Of a DNA stretch of 64,000 nucleotides, positions 9,761 through 20,164 are shown piece by piece. Position numbers and translations under genes: made by a program. The stretch covers positions 32,001 to 96,000 of the forward strand of contig JAOZFN010000014.1 in the NCBI GenBank assembly GCA_027492205.1, read 5' to 3'. Numbering within the stretch: the stretch's first letter is position 1; each line of letters begins with the position of its first letter. This DNA is from Thermoproteota archaeon. GTDB taxonomy: Archaea; Korarchaeota; Korarchaeia; Korarchaeales; Korarchaeaceae. The notes beneath the pieces are model-generated. The model saw only the letters and a list, made by a program, of their open reading frames with translations. It was not told where the DNA came from and did not search any database.

Positions 9761-9989
9761 AGGCCCCCGTGTCTAAAAAACCTCGGGGGTGTCCTCGCCC
9801 CGGTCCCGGGCCCATATCCCGCCAGCCTCCACCCGCTCCGGTCGACGATCCGCCCCCGGGATGACGGGGCCCGCGCGACCGCGCGGCCCCTCAGAGGCCC
9901 GGTCAATTGACGCCGCGCCGCACGGACTGGCCGCCGCCGGCCAGTCCGGGATCGCTGGGCCGCGCGGGCCCGCCCCCCATCCGGGAAAT

Positions 9990-10110
9990 CTTTAAGACGA
10001 CGTCCGTTTTACTGTTTTTGAGATTTTACTGAATTAAAACATCCATATATAAAATTAATTTGCGTTAAGTGTCCAACGTATGCCTCGTAGGGACAAAATT
10101 TTTTTAGAAT
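9990..10110. promoter_or_regulatory. AT-rich intergenic promoter region upstream of the decayed surface-protein gene
   Basis: Abrupt AT-rich island with TATATAAAA in a GC-rich background. Confidence 0.55.
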
Positions 10111-10133
10111 TACCCGTAGGGCCGCCCCCCATT

Positions 10134-12504
10134 ATGGTCAAGCGAAATGTCGTACTGTTCACGATATCGCTTGTCATTATGGCAGGATTCCCGGCTGACG
10201 GGTCGGCGAGCCCGAGTGGACCCGACCTTCCCGTCCGGGTATCGGGCGCCGTGTCCGTCGAAGTTGAACCGTCAGGAGGGGGTATGTGCCTTCGCCTGCT
10301 CTTGGCAACGCCCTCCATTAAGGCGCCCCCATGGGGGCCTCGGGGGATCATCTCCTTGGACGGAGTGCCGAGCCCTTGGATCCGGTCTGGGCCGCCGATC
10401 GACCTGGATGGCCGGTCCTTCACGCCCGCCGACGAGCCGTCACCGGTCGAGGGTAGAGCCGGTGACGCCGGGCACGACGTTCGGGGGATGCGCCCATGAT
10501 CGGCTCGGTCAACTTCACCGACGTTGCGTACGGCGTGAAGCTTTACGGCGTGGCCAGGGGGAGCTCTCAGGTCCTGATAGCCGACTCCCTGTTCCACAGG
10601 TGCTACTACTACGGCGTGTACGCGTTCATAGCCTCGATCGAGGTGGTCGGGTCCAACTTCACGGACTCCCCAGTGTACTGGATGTCAGACTGGTGGACCT
10701 GGACCAGCGCGATTGGGCTCGTAAGGTCGACCAGCGCGCCGAACTGGTACGACGTGAGGAGGAGCGCTGTCCGACACAGCAGGTTCAATATGACCGGGGG
10801 AGGGGCCATCTGCGGGTACTTCTCCGATCCCCTCCTCGAGGGGAACCTGTTCGACCAGGTCATGGGGGTCCAGGCGGTGATGATCAAGGGGGGGACCGGC
10901 TACGACCCCTCCCAGGGGGCCTTCGCCCATGGACGATAAGGGGAAGCGAGCTCGTAGACCACCACTCGGGCAAGCCCACCAACTGTGCCGTCTTCGCGAC
11001 TGGCGGAGGATATGGACTCTCCGGCGTAGAGATCCACTCCAACAACGCCTCCGGGTTCTACTGCGGGGTCAGGCTGCCTGGACGTCGGCCCGCCAGACAT
11101 GAGGGTGGACTACGCGAACGTGAGCTGAAACCTCGTCCAGGACTTCACCCACTGCGGGATATGCCTCGAGGACGACACGAGGAACGTTACGATCTTCAGA
11201 AACAACTTGACTTCAACCGCTCCGGGGTCAACGGCTCTCTGGATCTCGGCAGAAGTCTCGGAGCTGCTCGCCTTCGACAACTACATCGCGGCGGATGAGT
11301 GCTCCTCGAACCCTGGCATGGTCGGGTCTTGGTCTCTGGACCCACCGGAACTCGGCCCGAACATCGTGGGTGGTCCTTACGTTGCGGGAAACTACTGGAG
11401 CGACTACTCTGGGGTCGACCTGGATTCCGACTGGCTCGGAGACACGGGCGTGCCCCACCACCTTGACCCTCACCCGCTCATCCGACCCCCGAGCCTATAC
11501 TCGCCCAACCTCTCGGCCCACCTGAGGGCCGACCTACCCTAGCCGGCGGTGGAGGGGGATGTTCTTAGGCTCACCGCCACGCTGAACAACACTGGGGAGC
11601 TTGCCGCGAAGGGGGCGACCCTGGTCGTACCCTTGCCCAACGGCACGGACGACCTCTCCCTTGCGGACATACCGCCAGGGGCCGTTGACGCCTCCAACTC
11701 GTCCCACCTGGTGGTGGAGAACCTCTCCGTTCCGGCCCACGGGTCCGTATCCGTCGGCTTCTCGGTGGTCAACAGGGCCCCCCGGGCAGCGTCCTGGTCA
11801 CCCAGGGTGAGGTCGTCTACAGGCCGCCCCACTGCTGCTGCGGCCCCAGGAGGGTGCCCACCGACGACCCCAGGACCCCCGAGCCCCGGGACCCGACGGC
11901 GGTCTACGTGGGCCGCCCCAACCTGGAGGACCCCCCCAACGTCGTCAAGGAGGTGGACCCCTCCGGCCTTCCGGTCCTCACCTGCGGAGTGCGCCTGGAA
12001 AACACGGGGACCGCGCCGGCGCTGGGACTGGTCCTCTACGATCCGATCCCCGAGGGAACCTCCTACGTCCCCAGGTCCACCGAGATCTCCCGGTCCTGGT
12101 CTGGGGGCTGGGAAGATGTGAGCGACGCGTGGCCGGACTCGGACGGCGGGTTCAACGGGACGCACGTGATCGTGGTCCTTGGGGACCTCCCGGCCGGAGA
12201 GAGCGTCAAGGTACACTTCTCAGTGAGGGTTTCAGGAGACCTGCCCCCCGGCTTCGTGGTGCGGAATCAGGGGACTGTGACCGGATTGAACGTTCCCGAC
12301 GACCCGACGGACTTCCCCTCCTCCCCGGAGGAGGACGATCCAACGCCGTTTTCGGCTTCCGACACCCGCCGTTGGGGGGAGCTGGAATCCGACCATGGGC
12401 TTGGGACAGATCTAGCGCAGCTGGCCCTAGCGCTCCTGGCCGCGATGGTGGTTCCCCTGATGGGCGGGATGACTTCGGGGCCGGTTGGGACGCGCGACGG
12501 GTAG
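10134..12504 (+). pseudogene. Fragmented surface protein: NosD/CASH beta-helix, DUF11-like repeats and C-terminal TM
   Basis: Signal peptide fragment, beta-helix fragments, GNYWSDYSGVDLDSD.LGD motif, two PTDDP/PTDFP DUF11-like motifs and NTGTAPA..LVLYDPIPEGTSYVP. Split over at least five ORFs, with an in-frame TAG at 11540. Confidence 0.75.
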
Positions 12505-12720
12505 CTGAGCCCGGAGGCCCAGGTCCCCTGGCGGCGCGTGGGTGAGCCCCCGGCTGGGTCCCCGGATTGGGGGCCTCCGTAGTCACCTGGCGGAGAGACG
12601 CTAGGGGTCGCTGTCGACGCGCCTTGGGTCCTCAGGGGGCGTCTAACTTGGCTGCAGACCCCCCTCCGGAGGGGCCCGAGTCGCCACACCTGGCCCGCCC
12701 TGGCCGCTGATGGCCCGCCC

Positions 12721-14508
12721 TCAGCCCCGTCTACGGGCCGCCCACGCCAGCGAGAGGAGGGACGCGGCCGCGAAGACCTCCCACGCCAGGCCGGGAGGGT
12801 CGGTCAGCGACCCACCCGCGGCCTCGGCGGACCTGGCCTCGAAGGTCGGGAGCTTCCTCAGGAAGGCCCTGCTGAGCGGGATCCCCTCCAACACCTGCAG
12901 GTCGCATCCCGAGACCGAGAGGCTCAGCGCGTACGAGTCCATAGTCGCCGGGCCTGCTGGGGGGGCTCCCGGGGTGCGGCCCAGGTCGACGCCACCGAAG
13001 GACAGACCGGGCGTGATCGACTCGTAGCTGAGCCCCTGGTAGAGCTGCGCGACCCAGCCGTCGGACCCACCGCTCCCCACGGACCCGGTGAAGCCACGAG
13101 GTTGAGGTATTCACCCAGGCCGACGACCTCCGTGAACTGGTCGTACCCTCCCCCCCGTAGGAAATCGCCCTGACCAGGCCAAGCTCAGGGTCTAGGGTGG
13201 CGATCAGGCCGTCCAGGTCCCCGTCAGACCCGTGATACCCCACGACGTGGAGGAGTCCGCCGTGGGCGTAGACGGCGCCGACGCTCTCATTCAGCGGTCC
13301 CCCCAGCACCGCCGAGTCAATCACGTTGAGGTCGCCGTCCGGCTCGTAGACCGCGATGTCCACCTCCCCGAAGCCCGTCGAGGTCGTGATGCCCGCCACG
13401 TAGAGGTCGCCACCCAGGGCTTCGGCGGAGTACAGGAACTCGTGCCCCCCGCCGCCCGCCACTAGGCCCGCCTCGAAGCTCAGGCTCGGGTCGACCCTCA
13501 GCACGAGGCCATCCCCGTGCATCCAGAAGGTGTGTCCGAGCTGGTCAACCCCGACGGAGGTGGAGTTGGCTATCCCCACGGCGTACAGTTTCCCGCCCAG
13601 CGTGGCGAGGTCCTGGAGCCCGTCGTTGTTCCCTCCCCCCGCAGCCCAGGCCTGAGGCCTCTGCCAGGTCCGGGCTCATCCTCACCACGAGGCCGTCGAA
13701 GGTAAGCGGCCGGGTCGAGTTGGCGTGGTAGTCAACGGCGTAGAGGTAGGGCCCCAGGCCGGAGACCGCGTAGAGGTAGTCCAGGCTCCCGCTGCCCAGG
13801 GCCTCGACGGCCTCCACCTCCAGGTCCGGGCTCAATCTCACCGCGAGGGCGGTCCCCTCTCTGCAGGAGTAGGAGTACCCGACGGCGTACAGGCTGGTCC
13901 CGTCGAAGTAGACGCCGAAGAGCTCCTCCCAGGACGACCCCCCCAGGACCACCTCAGCCTCCACGTTCATCAGACCGTCCAGCTTCACGACCACGGCGTC
14001 CCAGTCCCCGTACCGGGAGGTCACCCGGCCGACGGCGTACACGTGGATCCCGTCCGTGGTCACGTCGTACAGCCAGTCGTCTCCCACGCCACCGTAAGTG
14101 ACGATCCTGTCCATCGTGGCCACCAGGTCGCTCTCGCTTGCGGCCGAGGGGTTCCCGTAGTACATGTAGATCAGGTTGGGGCTGGGAGACACCTCAGGCA
14201 CCCTCACCCACACCCTCTCCTCCCCGGTTCCGCAGCCCCCTCGACCCAGTACCTCAGGGGCGCGCCGGAGGCGTCGGCGAACCGGAGGTCCCCGCAGTCC
14301 GGCCTCATCTCCCCCCTCGTTATCAGGGCCAGCGGGTCAAACCTGACCAGGACCTAGTGGTCGATCAGGGGGCCGTTTGAGTTGTCCACGACCAGCCTCC
14401 TGACGTGCGACCAGGAGTCGTATGGGCCGGGGACGCGCCCGCCGCGGAGATAATCAGGGAGGCCGCCAAGGTGAGTGAGACGATCAGCGCAGCGGCTCTG
14501 AACCCCAT
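12721..14508 (-). pseudogene. Fragmented surface protein: DUF2341 domain, beta-propeller repeats and C-terminal anchor
   Basis: ATG at 14508 after GGAGAGGTG with signal peptide MGFRAAALIVSL; DCGDLRFAD...YWVE...WVRVP...IYMYYGNPSA; YGG..D...YAVG repeats; in-frame TAG at 14354 plus several frameshifts. Confidence 0.75.
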
Positions 14509-14705
14509 GAACACCTCTCCCAGCCTCTCCTCGCGCCAATGCTTGGTGCTTTTAACGGTCTCGGATCCACCCGAGGGGACCCATCCTCCTGACGGTGGTC
14601 TCCATCGACGGAGGGGGCTCGTCTGGGGGTTCGAGGGGGCCGCACTCGTGGGTACATGGATGCGTGTCGAGCGACCTTCAATCCCCCTGAGGGGGCTTCA
14701 CCCCT

Positions 14706-15566
14706 TCAGGGGCCCACGAGCCCCCTGAAGGCTAGACCCATGGCGAACGACAGCGCCGCCACGCCGAAGCTCACCGCCGCGGCCTCCGCGAACCTCGTCC
14801 AGAAGGGCGCCTCCCTGACGACGGAAACGAAGAAGGTGAACACTAGGATTACCAGCAGGGCGTCAAGGAGGGCCAGGGCCAGCGCGGCCTCGTAGCTGGA
14901 GAGCAGGAAGAACGGCGCCACCAGGGCCAGCACCGTGAGGACGTAGGCGGCCCCCGTGTAGAGCGCCGCCTTTCCGGGGTTTGCGGCACCCTCCGACCTC
15001 TGGGACAGGTACTCCGAGGCGGCCATCGATAGGGACGCGGCCATCCCCGTGATCGCGCCGGCCACGGCCACGAGCCTCGTGTTACGGAGGGTCATGCTCA
15101 GCCCCGCCACGGCGCCAGTGAGCTCCACGAGGGCGTCGTTTAGGCCGAGGACCATCGACCCTATGTACTCGAGCCTCTCCTCCCTGATGAGCCTCACCAG
15201 CTCCCGCTCGTGCCTCTCCTCGTCCTCGAGGACGGGCCTCGCCTCCGGCATGACCTCGAGCACTCTGGAGTAGCTCTCCTGGGCGCCCTCCTCCCCCCTC
15301 TCCATGAGCTTGAGCGCGAAGGTGATCCCCAGCAGGCGCGCCATCAATAGGTAGAGGAGGACCTTCAGCCTGCTGGGCTTCACGTCGACCCCCGTGTACC
15401 TCCTCCAGAACTCGTAGTGCTCCAGCTCATCCCTCCCGATCTCCTCCAGCAGCTCCCTGTTCTCTCCCCGCTGGAGCCTGGCGAGCCTGAGGTAGACGTG
15501 GTGCTCGGTTATCTCGTTCCTCTGGAAGTCCAATATAAGCCCCACGAGGTCCCTAGAGAGGGGCAT
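14706..15566 (-). CDS. VIT1/CCC1 family iron transporter with N-terminal ferritin/rubrerythrin-like domain
   Basis: E..EH..Y, DE..H and EERHE motifs; VLGLNDALVELTG; ASLSMAASEYLS. Confidence 0.92.
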   Translation of the reverse strand: MPLSRDLVGLILDFQRNEITEHHVYLRLARLQRGENRELLEEIGRDELEHYEFWRRYTGVDVKPSRLKVLLYLLMARLLGITFALKLMERGEEGAQESYSRVLEVMPEARPVLEDEERHERELVRLIREERLEYIGSMVLGLNDALVELTGAVAGLSMTLRNTRLVAVAGAITGMAASLSMAASEYLSQRSEGAANPGKAALYTGAAYVLTVLALVAPFFLLSSYEAALALALLDALLVILVFTFFVSVVREAPFWTRFAEAAAVSFGVAALSFAMGLAFRGLVGP

Positions 15567-15658
15567 CCAAGGACGCCGACACGCGCCACGGTATAAGGTC
15601 GCCTGCTCTCTCCCACCAATACTTTAATTCCCACAGTGGATTTTTGCAGTGATGTGGG

Positions 15659-15904
15659 ATGGAGGTGCTGGCGACCGTCGACGATAGGGGGAGGGTGACC
15701 CTCCCAAAGGAGTTCAGAGAGGCCCTCGGCATAAAGAGGAGGGTCAGGATAAGGAGAGAGGGTGGAAAGATAGTGATAGAGCCAGCCGATCCCGTGTCCA
15801 AGAGGTTCTACGGCGCCTTCCGGGCGGAAGTCCCCGAGGATCTGAACGGGATCGTGGTAGAGGCGGTGGCGGCTTGGTGGAGGAGAGGTCGTACGTCGAC
15901 GTGA
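15659..15904 (+). CDS. vapB: AbrB/MazE-type antitoxin
   Basis: TVDDRGRVTLPKEFREALGI; overlaps the PIN toxin gene. Confidence 0.88.
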   Translation: MEVLATVDDRGRVTLPKEFREALGIKRRVRIRREGGKIVIEPADPVSKRFYGAFRAEVPEDLNGIVVEAVAAWWRRGRTST

Positions 15905-16284
15905 ACGTGTTCGTCTACTGGCTCACCGCCGATCCCAAGTTCGGTGAGAGGGCCCTGAGGTGGATTGAGAGGATTGAGGAGGATCCGAGGTCCTACGTTA
16001 CATCGGCGCTGACCCTCTGGGAGGTGCCCGTCATCCTAGCCGGCGTCCGGGGATCAACGCTGCGAGACCCGGACCTGGTGGGTAGGGCGGTGCGAGCCGT
16101 CGTAGAGACGGGCGTGACCGTGCTGGAGCTGAGGAGGGAGGACTACCTGACGGCGCTGGAGTTCGTTCGCCAGGGGGTCGACCTCGAGGACGCGCTGCAC
16201 CTCGCCTCGGCGCACCGGTCAGGCTGCGGAAGGGTCGTGTCCAACGACAGGGACTTCGAGAGGTTTCTAAAGAGGGTCTTCTAG
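15874..16284 (+). CDS. vapC: PIN-domain toxin
   Basis: YVDVNVFVY, TSALTLWE, DLEDALHLASA and SNDRDF motifs. Confidence 0.92.
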   Translation: MVEERSYVDVNVFVYWLTADPKFGERALRWIERIEEDPRSYVTSALTLWEVPVILAGVRGSTLRDPDLVGRAVRAVVETGVTVLELRREDYLTALEFVRQGVDLEDALHLASAHRSGCGRVVSNDRDFERFLKRVF

Positions 16285-16327
16285 ACGCGTAAATTGGGGC
16301 CCTCCCCCGCGGGGGTGGATCTCAGAG

Positions 16328-17254
16328 ATGGTCCAGGTCGAGGTGGCCTCTCTCCGGCACGTCTCGGAGATCGTGGAGGTTCACCACTCAGATCTGGGGC
16401 CCCTGAGGGCTTGGACACGAGGGGGCTGGAGAGAGGCCTCCCCGGAGGAGCTTGACCCGTGTCGGTGGGTCCTCAACGGCGGGCCCTGGATGAGTGTGGA
16501 GACTTGTGCGATACACATCAACAACCTCCTTTTGCGCGGTCAAACGCCGATGGTCGCCCTAGAGGGAGATCGAGTTGTCGGGGAGGCCGAGCTTATCGTA
16601 GGAGATGAGGGCTGCAGGAGGGGCCTAGTAGCACACGTGAGCGTGATCCAAGTCCACAGGGACTTCAGGGGCAGGGGCGTCGGAAGGGCGCTCGTGGAGT
16701 CCGCGGTAGAGGCCACGCGGGACCTGGGGGCCCGGACCCTCACGGTCGTGCCGGAGGATGAGGCGAAGGGCTTCTACGGGGCCACGGGGTTCAGACCGGC
16801 TGAGAGGTGGGTGGAGGTCGACGTCTCGCCTGGGGACCTGCCCGACCCCAAGATGGAGGCGGGGCTGGCCTCGCCCGACCTCGAGGACTTCGAGGGGATG
16901 GAGCTGGTGGTGGGCAGGTACCAGAGCGGAGTCGACGTGGCCCTCAGCCTCCTGGAGAGGTTCGCCGGGTGCGACGTGCTGGGGACCGGAAAGTTCTGGA
17001 CAGGCGCCGTCGAGGGCGTGGAATTCATTTCCCATGTGCGGGACGTCCCCTTTCTCGGCGCGAGGATCGTCTACGCCTGGGTCAGGCCGTCGTCCAGGAG
17101 GGAGAGGGAGCTCGAGGCCAGACTGGCGCTCTCCGCGAGCCTGGCGCTGGCCGGCTCTCCGGTGAGGACCCTCGTTCCCGAGGGGCTGGCGGACCAGCTC
17201 AGGGCGGCTCGACGCAGGGTGGTGGAGTTCTGGGCCCGGGAGGTGGCCCCTTGA
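16328..17254 (+). CDS. GNAT N-acetyltransferase
   Basis: VHRDFRGRGVGRALV acetyl-CoA motif; AKGFYGATGF. Confidence 0.85.
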   Translation: MVQVEVASLRHVSEIVEVHHSDLGPLRAWTRGGWREASPEELDPCRWVLNGGPWMSVETCAIHINNLLLRGQTPMVALEGDRVVGEAELIVGDEGCRRGLVAHVSVIQVHRDFRGRGVGRALVESAVEATRDLGARTLTVVPEDEAKGFYGATGFRPAERWVEVDVSPGDLPDPKMEAGLASPDLEDFEGMELVVGRYQSGVDVALSLLERFAGCDVLGTGKFWTGAVEGVEFISHVRDVPFLGARIVYAWVRPSSRRERELEARLALSASLALAGSPVRTLVPEGLADQLRAARRRVVEFWAREVAP

Positions 17255-17985
17255 GTGGGACCAAGGTGTATGTGGGGACGTCGGGGTGGTCCTACGACTG
17301 GAACCCCGACGGGCTCGAGTGGTACGCGAGCGCGTCTGGGCTGAACGCCGTAGAGCTCAACGCCAGCTTCTATCGCTTCCCGAGGGCGTCGACTGTGAGG
17401 AGGTGGGCCAGGGTTGGAGGTAGGTTGAGGTGGGCCGTGAAGGTCCACAGGGGCGTCACCCACACCAGAAGGCTCTCCAGATCCTCCTTGGACCTCTGGG
17501 AGAGGTTCAGAGAACTCTTCTCACCGATGGACCACCTCATCGACTTCTACCTGTTTCAGATGCCTCCAAGCTTCTCTAGAACTCCTGAGAACGAGGACAG
17601 GGTGGAGTCTTTCGCCGGGGAATCGGGGCTGGGGCCAAGGATGGCGGTGGAGTTCAGACACCCCAGCTGGTTCTCGGTAGAGGTTGAGGACTGGGCTGTG
17701 GACCTGGGCGTCACGCTCGTCTCCGTGGACGCGCCGGACCTCCCGAGGACTCTGTTCAACACCTCGGGCCGAGTCTACCTCAGGATGCACGGCAGGACTT
17801 GGTGGTATGTCCACCGATACACACGCAACCAGCTGAGAGAGGTGGCCGAGGCTCTGGCCTCTCTCTCAGCAGACGCGATCTACGTGTTCTTCAACAACGA
17901 CCACGACATGTTGGACAATGGGCGGACGATGCTTGCCCTCTTGGGCGGAGAAGCCAAGGGGCAGAGTACTCTCGATTTAGATTGA
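17251..17985 (+). CDS. DUF72 family protein
   Basis: YVGTSGWSY, VELNASFYRFP, FQMPPSF, VEFRHPSW, YLRMHGR and YVFFNN motifs. TTG start at 17251 overlaps the GNAT stop codon. Confidence 0.92.
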   Translation: MSGTKVYVGTSGWSYDWNPDGLEWYASASGLNAVELNASFYRFPRASTVRRWARVGGRLRWAVKVHRGVTHTRRLSRSSLDLWERFRELFSPMDHLIDFYLFQMPPSFSRTPENEDRVESFAGESGLGPRMAVEFRHPSWFSVEVEDWAVDLGVTLVSVDAPDLPRTLFNTSGRVYLRMHGRTWWYVHRYTRNQLREVAEALASLSADAIYVFFNNDHDMLDNGRTMLALLGGEAKGQSTLDLD

Positions 17986-18121
17986 TGCCAAAACTAGATT
18001 CTGCAGTGGTGCCGATCGCATCAGAGCCCACTCACGCGAGTAGATCCTGCGACGCCCGCCTGCCGGTCGCGGGCAGCCAATCGTTAAAAATTGAGCCGAA
18101 TGAGTCGCCAAGATCGGGCAC

Positions 18122-18736
18122 ATGGCCGACCTCTCGGCGCTACTGCTGCTGGGCGCGCTGAGCCTCCTGGGCGTGATCCTCTACTTGGCGATACACTACA
18201 GCGTCCGGCCAGGAGCGAAGCCCGGGGGGATAGATGATCCTCTCAGGCGAGCATTCCTCAGGTACTCCGTCTTGGCCTCGCTGGTCCTCGTCCTGGGGCA
18301 CGCCTGGGTGGGCGTGGAGGAGATGTTCAGGAGCCTCACAAGGCAGATCAAGCTAGAGCCCGTCTACGTGGCGAACCTGAGGGAGCTGGAGCCCGGGTCG
18401 GCGGTGTCCTTCATGATGCCGGTCGACCCGGACATGCTGCCTGCGGATCACCCCTGCATCCTCATCAGGCTCACGCCGGAGGAGGCCCAGAGGGCCGGGA
18501 GGGAGCTGGTCGCGTACAGCGCCAGGTGCACCCACCTCGGGTGCATAGTGGAGTACCTGGAGACGGACGGCAGAGAGATCTACTGCCCCTGCCACGCTGG
18601 GATATTCGACCCCCTGACGGGGAACCCAATCTCCGGACCCCCGAAGAGGCCGCTCCCGGAGGTACAGCTCAGGGTAGAGGAGGACGGTTCAATCTACGCC
18701 GTGGGGTGGGTGGGGCAAGGTGAGCAGGGCGAGTGA
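18122..18736 (+). CDS. Rieske 2Fe-2S subunit of a Rieske/cytochrome b complex
   Basis: CTHLGC and CPCHAG boxes, GPPKRPLP, and an internal RRAFL twin-arginine-like motif. Confidence 0.93.
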   Translation: MADLSALLLLGALSLLGVILYLAIHYSVRPGAKPGGIDDPLRRAFLRYSVLASLVLVLGHAWVGVEEMFRSLTRQIKLEPVYVANLRELEPGSAVSFMMPVDPDMLPADHPCILIRLTPEEAQRAGRELVAYSARCTHLGCIVEYLETDGREIYCPCHAGIFDPLTGNPISGPPKRPLPEVQLRVEEDGSIYAVGWVGQGEQGE

Positions 18737-20141
18737 GGGTCCCTCCCTCAGGGAGAGGTGGACGCTCAAGTGGTGGGCCAGGGTGCACGGGGGCTGCAAG
18801 ATCCCCCTGCACGCCCTAAGCCCGCTCAACGGCCTCGGCGGCCTGGCGTTCCTCATGCTCCTGATCGAGGCCGTGACCGGCATCATCCTGGGCATGTACT
18901 ACGAGCCCAGGTTCAACGAGGCCAACCTGGCCTACGAGAGCGTTGTCGCCATCACCGAGAACCTCAAGTACGGCTGGCTCCTCAGGGGAATTCACTACCA
19001 CGCCGCCAACCTGATGATCGTGCTCAGCCTGCTCCACTTCCTGAAGACCTACATCGCCGGCAACTACCGAGAGCCGAAGGGCCTCTGCCACGTGGTCGGC
19101 ATCCTGACCGGCCTCCTGGCCATACTGGCCTCCATCACGGGATACTCGATGAGGGCCGACCACATAGGGGCGGAGGCGATCCTCATCGGCCAGACGCTGG
19201 TGAAGTACATGCCCATGGGGGGCCTGCTCTTCAGGATGGTCTACGGGGTCGGCACCATGGACGACGCCCTCATCAGGTACAACGCCTACCACTACGCCCT
19301 CGGGGCCCTGCTGATAGGGCTTGTCCTCCTCCACGTGTGGTTCAGCCACAGGCACCACGCCGCCCCTCCCATGGACGACGGGCCCTCCATCCCCGCGATG
19401 CCCGTCTTCCCGAACTTCCTGCTGTCCGTCCTGTCGGGGGTGTTCATGGTCCTAGGCGGGTTGGTGCTGCTCAGCGTCGCGTTCCCTCCCCACCTAGGCG
19501 TGAAGTACGTGCCGGGAGAGCCCGTCCCGCCCGGCGTGCCGGAGTGGTACATGGTGGGAGACTACACCCTCATCAAGAGCGGCATAAACCCGGTGATCGC
19601 GGGCATGGTCGTACCGCTCCTGGCCGTGACCCCGATAGCCCTCATGCCCTGGATAGACAGCTCTGGGCCCAGGCACCCCAGGCACAGGAGGTTCGCGATG
19701 ACCTACCTGTCGGTGTTCATGGCCGAGTTCACCCTCATGACCGTGTGGGGTTACCTGACCCCGGGTCAGCAGGTCCTGCTCTCGCAGCAGCTTCCGGCGG
19801 CCCTGGCCGTGGCGGTGCTGGCCGCGATCCCGGCCCACTGCGCCACCAGGCCGAGGGTGGTCAAGTTCGGGGCCCCGGAGGCCAAGAGGGTGGAGAAGAA
19901 GCCGATCCTGCCGTGGAGGAATATAGCATCGTGGGTCATGGCGATGCCAGTCGGCGTGGTGACGGCCCTTCTGGGGTGCCAGGTGGCTCTGGCGCTGCTG
20001 GGGTGGTACTGGAACCACCTGGGACTCCAGCGGCTATACGCAATGTCACTGGGCGCCTCGCTGTTCGCGCTCGGGGTCGTGCTGCTGGTGGCCAAGTCGG
20101 CGCTATTCGATCTCGACATGCTAAGGAGGAGGCCTACGTGA
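18720..20141 (+). CDS. Cytochrome b (bc complex)
   Basis: Four heme His ligands (RGIHYHAAN...LHF; YHY...LLHVW), PEWY motif and multiple TM helices. Confidence 0.93.
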   Translation: MSRASEGPSLRERWTLKWWARVHGGCKIPLHALSPLNGLGGLAFLMLLIEAVTGIILGMYYEPRFNEANLAYESVVAITENLKYGWLLRGIHYHAANLMIVLSLLHFLKTYIAGNYREPKGLCHVVGILTGLLAILASITGYSMRADHIGAEAILIGQTLVKYMPMGGLLFRMVYGVGTMDDALIRYNAYHYALGALLIGLVLLHVWFSHRHHAAPPMDDGPSIPAMPVFPNFLLSVLSGVFMVLGGLVLLSVAFPPHLGVKYVPGEPVPPGVPEWYMVGDYTLIKSGINPVIAGMVVPLLAVTPIALMPWIDSSGPRHPRHRRFAMTYLSVFMAEFTLMTVWGYLTPGQQVLLSQQLPAALAVAVLAAIPAHCATRPRVVKFGAPEAKRVEKKPILPWRNIASWVMAMPVGVVTALLGCQVALALLGWYWNHLGLQRLYAMSLGASLFALGVVLLVAKSALFDLDMLRRRPT

Positions 20142-20164
20142 ACGTGGCGTGTCGGAAGGGGAAC

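Noticed and set aside
12505-12720. GC-rich convergent intergenic region with possible stems
   Set aside because: Pairing is expected at this GC content; no tRNA, SRP or RNase P motifs are present.
16807-17250. Long N-terminal extensions on DUF72, the methyltransferase (45785), the tandem MNT (51887) and the fibre subunit (23090)
   Set aside because: They overlap other genes or promoter DNA; better starts lie downstream.
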